From Octopus sinensis (lineage: Eukaryota), in contig NC_043015.1 of NCBI RefSeq assembly GCF_006345805.1, forward strand, positions 17,608,001-17,672,000: a stretch of DNA of 64,000 nt, written 5' to 3'. The notes under the pieces are model-generated. The model saw nothing but the letters and a program-made list of their open reading frames with translations, did not search any database and was not told the origin of the DNA. This document shows positions 61,746 through 64,000 of this stretch, piece after piece (position 1 is the first letter of the stretch; every line of letters begins with the position of its first letter). Both the position numbers and the translations under genes were made by a program.

Positions 61746-62097
61746 GTAATGTGTGTATCTGTGCAACAGAGAGAGAAATTAAAACTGCATATGTTGTGAA
61801 CTTAGAATATGTGTTTATTAATAAAAGTCTAATAACGATAATCTTTTATTCATACGAACGTAACTGATATGAAATATGTCATAAATAACAGTGACAAATT
61901 CATGACACCGCCAGAAAATGTTGTTGACAAAATACGGCATATATTGTATTCACCTCAATAGACGTCATTGGTTGAAATTGCCGAAATGCAAGAAATTAAA
62001 CAACAAATAGCTTATTTTCACTTGGCTTTTTTGAGAAAATTGTAATTTGTAAGTTTAACGTAGTTTAATTCTTCCAATTTTAACCAATGAATCGCCA

Positions 62098-62158
62098 GTA
62101 TTTGAGCTCAAATCATTTGTATTTGAGCTCAAATCATTTGTATTTGAGCTCAAATCAT
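62098..62158. repeat. 21-bp tandem repeat x3 containing a 14-bp palindrome
   Basis: GTATTTGAGCTCAAATCATTT units; ATTTGAGCTCAAAT is self-complementary. Confidence 0.9.
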
Positions 62159-62164
62159 GTATCC

Positions 62165-64000
62165 ACCAGAAATAGTCGTGATGTGGTTGGTGGCAGCCAT
62201 TTTACTGAACATGGAGGATAGAATTACTATCCTCCAAGCTAACTAGTTGCACCAACAGAACTGGTGGAGCTAAGGCCTAGAACTTATTATATAGGTCACC
62301 CAGAAAAAAACCTTGAAGATATACCAGACCAGGTAATTTTACCCGACGAAATCGCATTAAGAGGGGGAAAAAATTCGATGTTATAAATTTGGGCAAAAGA
62401 ATTATACAAGGTCCAATTACCCACAAGGTCAACAACAAACGGTGCTCCCTCCACCCAGTAATCCCATAGAACTCGAGACTTCAGAAGAAGACATAAAGAC
62501 GCTAGCCAACACATCGCCAAAAAAAAAAACCACAACGGAAACCCCAAGAGAGGAAACGAAAGAGTCCAAAAGAGACGCTCAAGAGAGTGAAGCCAACTAT
62601 AATGAATGGACAGTAACCAAATAAAGACAGAAAAGAAAAATACATCCCCCACACACATTAACATCACAGACACCTATACAGCAACACCCACTACACATCA
62701 ACTCCAAACACCCAGCCCAGTACCCACAAATGCAGTCATCAATATCACAGCAATTAACATAGACAGCACTATTTTAGTCGAACTCACACACAACCAACAC
62801 ATCACCCCTTATACAACCCCATCAAACCCAAACATACCCGACAACATTTCATTCATTAATATAAATAATATCTCATACATAGACCTAAAAAAAGCTACCC
62901 AAACGACACTGGATCCCTATAAACATCTTTTTCTAGATATCTATAATCTAAACTAAAGGGGAATACCTCACAAGCCACTACGGAAGAGGAGGGTTTACCA
63001 TCACTACTCAACGAATAAATATCGTAAGTAAATGAATTCATTATGTTCTCGCTGAAGCTTGGCAGCATAAATGTGCATGACTTAGGACTGAACTGGAAGT
63101 AAGGTCGCTTCCTAAATGATCTCAGGTCACGGAACCTGGATGTAATAGTCACTAGTGAAACCAAAATGAATGGGCCACAGACTTTCTCATCCCTCCTCAA
63201 TGGCTACGAGAAATATATTTCTCAATGCCAGCCTGGGTGGGATGGATTGCGGTCTTATTTGGTAAAAATTTAGATTTAGAGATTAGAACAATCTTTGTAG
63301 ACCCGAAGGGCAGACTGGTCGTCCTTGATGTGAGGCATAGCAGCGGCAGTGCCTTCAGACTGGCAGCTGTCTATGCATCATGTGCAACTAGACAGTCTAT
63401 TTCAGACACCTAGAGAATTTCCTGTGAGCGTCACACACTTTAGTCGTAACAGGTGACTTTAACACAATCTTAGTTGTGCGTGTAGATTGTGTTGGCTCAA
63501 GTACTAATAGAAAGAGGAACCCTTGCTTCACAAATCCACTCAGTCGCTATATCTGGCTGACAGATATAGACTGAATTACTTGAACGCTCCAATGCAGACA
63601 TGGGTTAATAGCAACATATCTTCCAGGTCATACTTAGATGGGGTATTATTAGACTAGCCGACAAAAATAGTTTTAGTTATGCACAAGTCAGTATTGTCAC
63701 CTACACAAATGACACATTCGTGACCTGTTGGCTCGACTTAGATAGCCTTCCTAGATAGGGCCCCGGTTACTGGAAACTAAACAAATAACTCCTAGCCTGT
63801 AACGCTTACAGCAACCGGATTAGGGAGTTAGTCAGAGGGCATTAACAGGCACCATCTTAAATAACAACTGGTGGTACGCCCTCAAAAGAGCCATAAAATT
63901 TGAGTCAATTAGGTTTAGCAAAGAATCAGTTCTTAAGAAAAATAGAGTAGAAAGGAAATTAGGTCTCTAGAAAAGGCAATGAAGGCAAGCAGTGAAACCA
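62165..64000 (+). mobile_element. Tx1/L1-like LINE copy C (ORF1 end, ORF2 APE), decayed, runs off the window
   Basis: Homologous to copy A in the opposite orientation. ORF2 start ATGTTCTCGCTGAAGCTTGGCAGC at about 63045; LDLEIRTIFVDPKGRL and LAAVYA. Confidence 0.85.

Noticed and set aside
59640-62158. Short repeated units as a CRISPR-like array
   Set aside because: The context is eukaryotic, there are no regular unique spacers and no cas genes; these are simple tandem or LTR-end repeats.

Overview
Eukaryotic, AT-rich, repeat-saturated DNA with dense (AT)n/(GT)n/(GTAT)n/(ATCT)n microsatellites. The SINE families resemble those I recall from octopus genomes, so a cephalopod origin is inferred, not proven. 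No host gene can be identified with confidence; there are only three weak, phase-compatible candidate exons on +. The window is a transposable-element archive. It holds at least four Penelope-like elements (C-terminal GIY-YIG with a CxCx5C linker) plus solo pLTR-like pieces, several carrying type I hammerhead-ribozyme motifs. It also holds two LTR elements with intact TG..CA ends and TSDs (one lacks RT but has an open gag; one is non-coding with a tRNA-Trp PBS), RTE, R4/Dong and Tx1/L1-like LINEs, mariner/Tc1, hAT, Merlin-like and Helitron remnants, MITEs and many SINEs. The strongest signal is a 63-bp foldback at 5095-5243 in which 12 of 13 non-Watson-Crick pairs are G-U, and an in-window paralogue polarises 10 of them as A-to-G on the + strand. 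That pattern fits an ADAR-edited RNA that was reverse-transcribed back into the genome. Other notable items are a diverse set of hammerhead variants, an LTR whose 5' copy carries 75 bp of its own downstream flank (template-switch signature), and a Penelope-like endonuclease with a 129-aa spacer between its GIY and YIG halves. Coordinates of degraded repeats are approximate.
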